Shown piece after piece: positions 62,701-64,000 of a stretch of DNA of 64,000 nucleotides. The DNA is from Takakia lepidozioides. Taxonomy: Eukaryota > Plantae > Bryophyta. Numbering within the stretch: position 1 is the first letter of the stretch; each line of letters begins with the position of its first letter. Both the position numbers and the translations under genes were made by a program. The DNA lies in NCBI GenBank assembly GCA_030704615.1, contig CM060731.1, forward strand, positions 36,518,001-36,582,000. Direction: 5' to 3'. A model generated the notes under the pieces. The model worked only from the letters and a program-made list of their open reading frames with translations. It was not told where the DNA came from and searched no databases.

Positions 62701-64000
62701 CACCTCGTGGCTCAGGAACTCGTGCTGCTCCTCGAGTCACGGCTGCAGCAGACTCCACCTGCTCTAGTGGTAGTGCTGCTCCACACATGAATCCCATGCC
62801 TCCCATATCTCCTCCCTCAGGAGCAGGAGGTGGACCATCCCGCCTGGGAGCCGGTACCGCCTGAGCTATAGCCATGGCAGCGAGCCTCTGCTCTAGCTGC
62901 TGAAGCCGATTGGCCATGCCTTGGTCAACACCCTGACCTCCGCGTCCTTGGCCATGTGGAGCTTGCCCTTGGCCTGCACCTCGTGCCCGACCACCTCGTC
63001 CTCTTTGGGCTGGTCCACCTCGCCCCCGGCCACCATTATTCCCTTGGAACTGGCCTGGGCGCAACTCAGGATGCAAGTCATAACATTGGGCATCTCCATG
63101 CCCATACTTGCCGCAATGCCCACACTGCAACTGTGCAGGCTGTGCTTGTGCCGGCCTTTTGCCACTCTCTGGGCAATCTCTCTTGACATGGGGTCCTCCA
63201 TATGTCCAACATATCACCCCTGGTTGCTGTTGGCCTGCAAAAGATGTCACGGGCCTCTGCACCTGAGGTCCCCTGTAAGCTCCATGGAACTTGGGCTGGG
63301 CAACCTTGCCCCCCTGACCACGCTGTTGGGCAGTCCCTTGTGCCGGTGGGCTGACAGCTGTGCCCCGTGCAGGCATGTCCTTGCCAAATCCAATTGTAAC
63401 AACTCGCTCTTCCACCATGTTGAGCTCAATCCGCTCAGCCAGCAGAAACACATCTGCTAATGTGGGTTGGGCTGCTTGTAACAAGGTTGCATCTCGCACC
63501 CTTCTCTTGAGCTCCTTGTCCAGAATTCCATACCAAGGTCACACTTATCAAGCGCCTCATACGAGTGTACGCCTCTCGCAGGCTCTCACTGGGTTTGCGC
63601 TGGAAGTCTTGCAAACTTCGCAGCTTCTCTGTCCGTACACCTTGGTAGTTCCTCCGCAACTCCTGGAAGAACTCCACCACCGGGTTGAATCTAGGCACAT
63701 GTGTTGTAGTCGTGGCAGGAGGAGTAGTAGCACCTTTTGAACTGGTACCACCTGCAGAAGTACCAGCACTACTTGCTCCACTACTAGTGCTGGCAGTGGG
63801 AGCTATTGGTACTGATGTAGCTACTGGTCGCGTCGTGCCTCGAGTAATGGAGACGTAGTCAGGTGACCAATACATCCTCCACTCCTCAATCTTTGCTTCA
63901 TGTCCTCGCCTGAACTCGTGGTAATCGTCCATAGGCGGGCCTTCCAAATGCTGGAACAGTCCCTTCCACGCCATGAATGGGGTGAATAGCTGTGGATTGC
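59713..64000 (-). mobile_element. Ty3/gypsy-like retrotransposon copy 2: Gag-protease-DNMT-RT N-terminus, internally deleted, with 3' terminus
   Basis: ORFs 63974-63435, 63499-60989, 61139-60165 and 60005-59784 join into one polyprotein. RT start PIFRRPYRYS...AGLVELSGGEYASATVMPAKKD is in the DNMT frame after a single TAG. Ends ...gcgcacgaca at 59713. Confidence 0.93.
60450..61412 (-). pseudogene. C5 cytosine DNA methyltransferase domain (DNMT3/DRM-like, unpermuted) within the retrotransposon polyprotein
   Basis: Motif I LLDLFGGISTG, II YLYVERD, IV DLVVAGWPCQG, VI YILENI, VIII LDAAAVGSRAHRPRLWWTNL, IX ERERAMGF..GTT, X RRQVLGQAMD. One 1-nt deletion at ~61074 relative to copy 1. Confidence 0.92.

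Overview
Eukaryotic DNA from a land plant, most likely seed-free or bryophyte-grade (inferred from gene and TE style). The first ~33 kb hold three intron-containing + strand genes: the 3' part of a UPL1/UPL2-type HECT E3 ligase (to 9927), a chloroplast CtpA/S41 C-terminal processing peptidase (11249-15614), and a 21-exon plasma-membrane H+-ATPase ending in YTV (22509-33062). Small LINE, hAT-MITE and SINE-like relics lie in and between them. From ~34.9 kb the window is a TE nest: two arrays of CpG-rich palindromic units with A-rich spacers, a Tx1/L1-like LINE, a Ty3/gypsy integrase relic and a Mutator-like transposase (GCM-like finger, DDE core, SWIM). The main finding is two convergent copies (49594-55668 +; 59713 to >64000 -) of a Ty3/gypsy-like retrotransposon whose polyprotein carries a full DNMT3/DRM-like C5 cytosine methyltransferase between protease and RT. 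The element appears to have non-identical 5' and 3' termini and has a 447-bp miniature derivative at 40774-41220. All assignments were made by eye from motifs; no searches were run.
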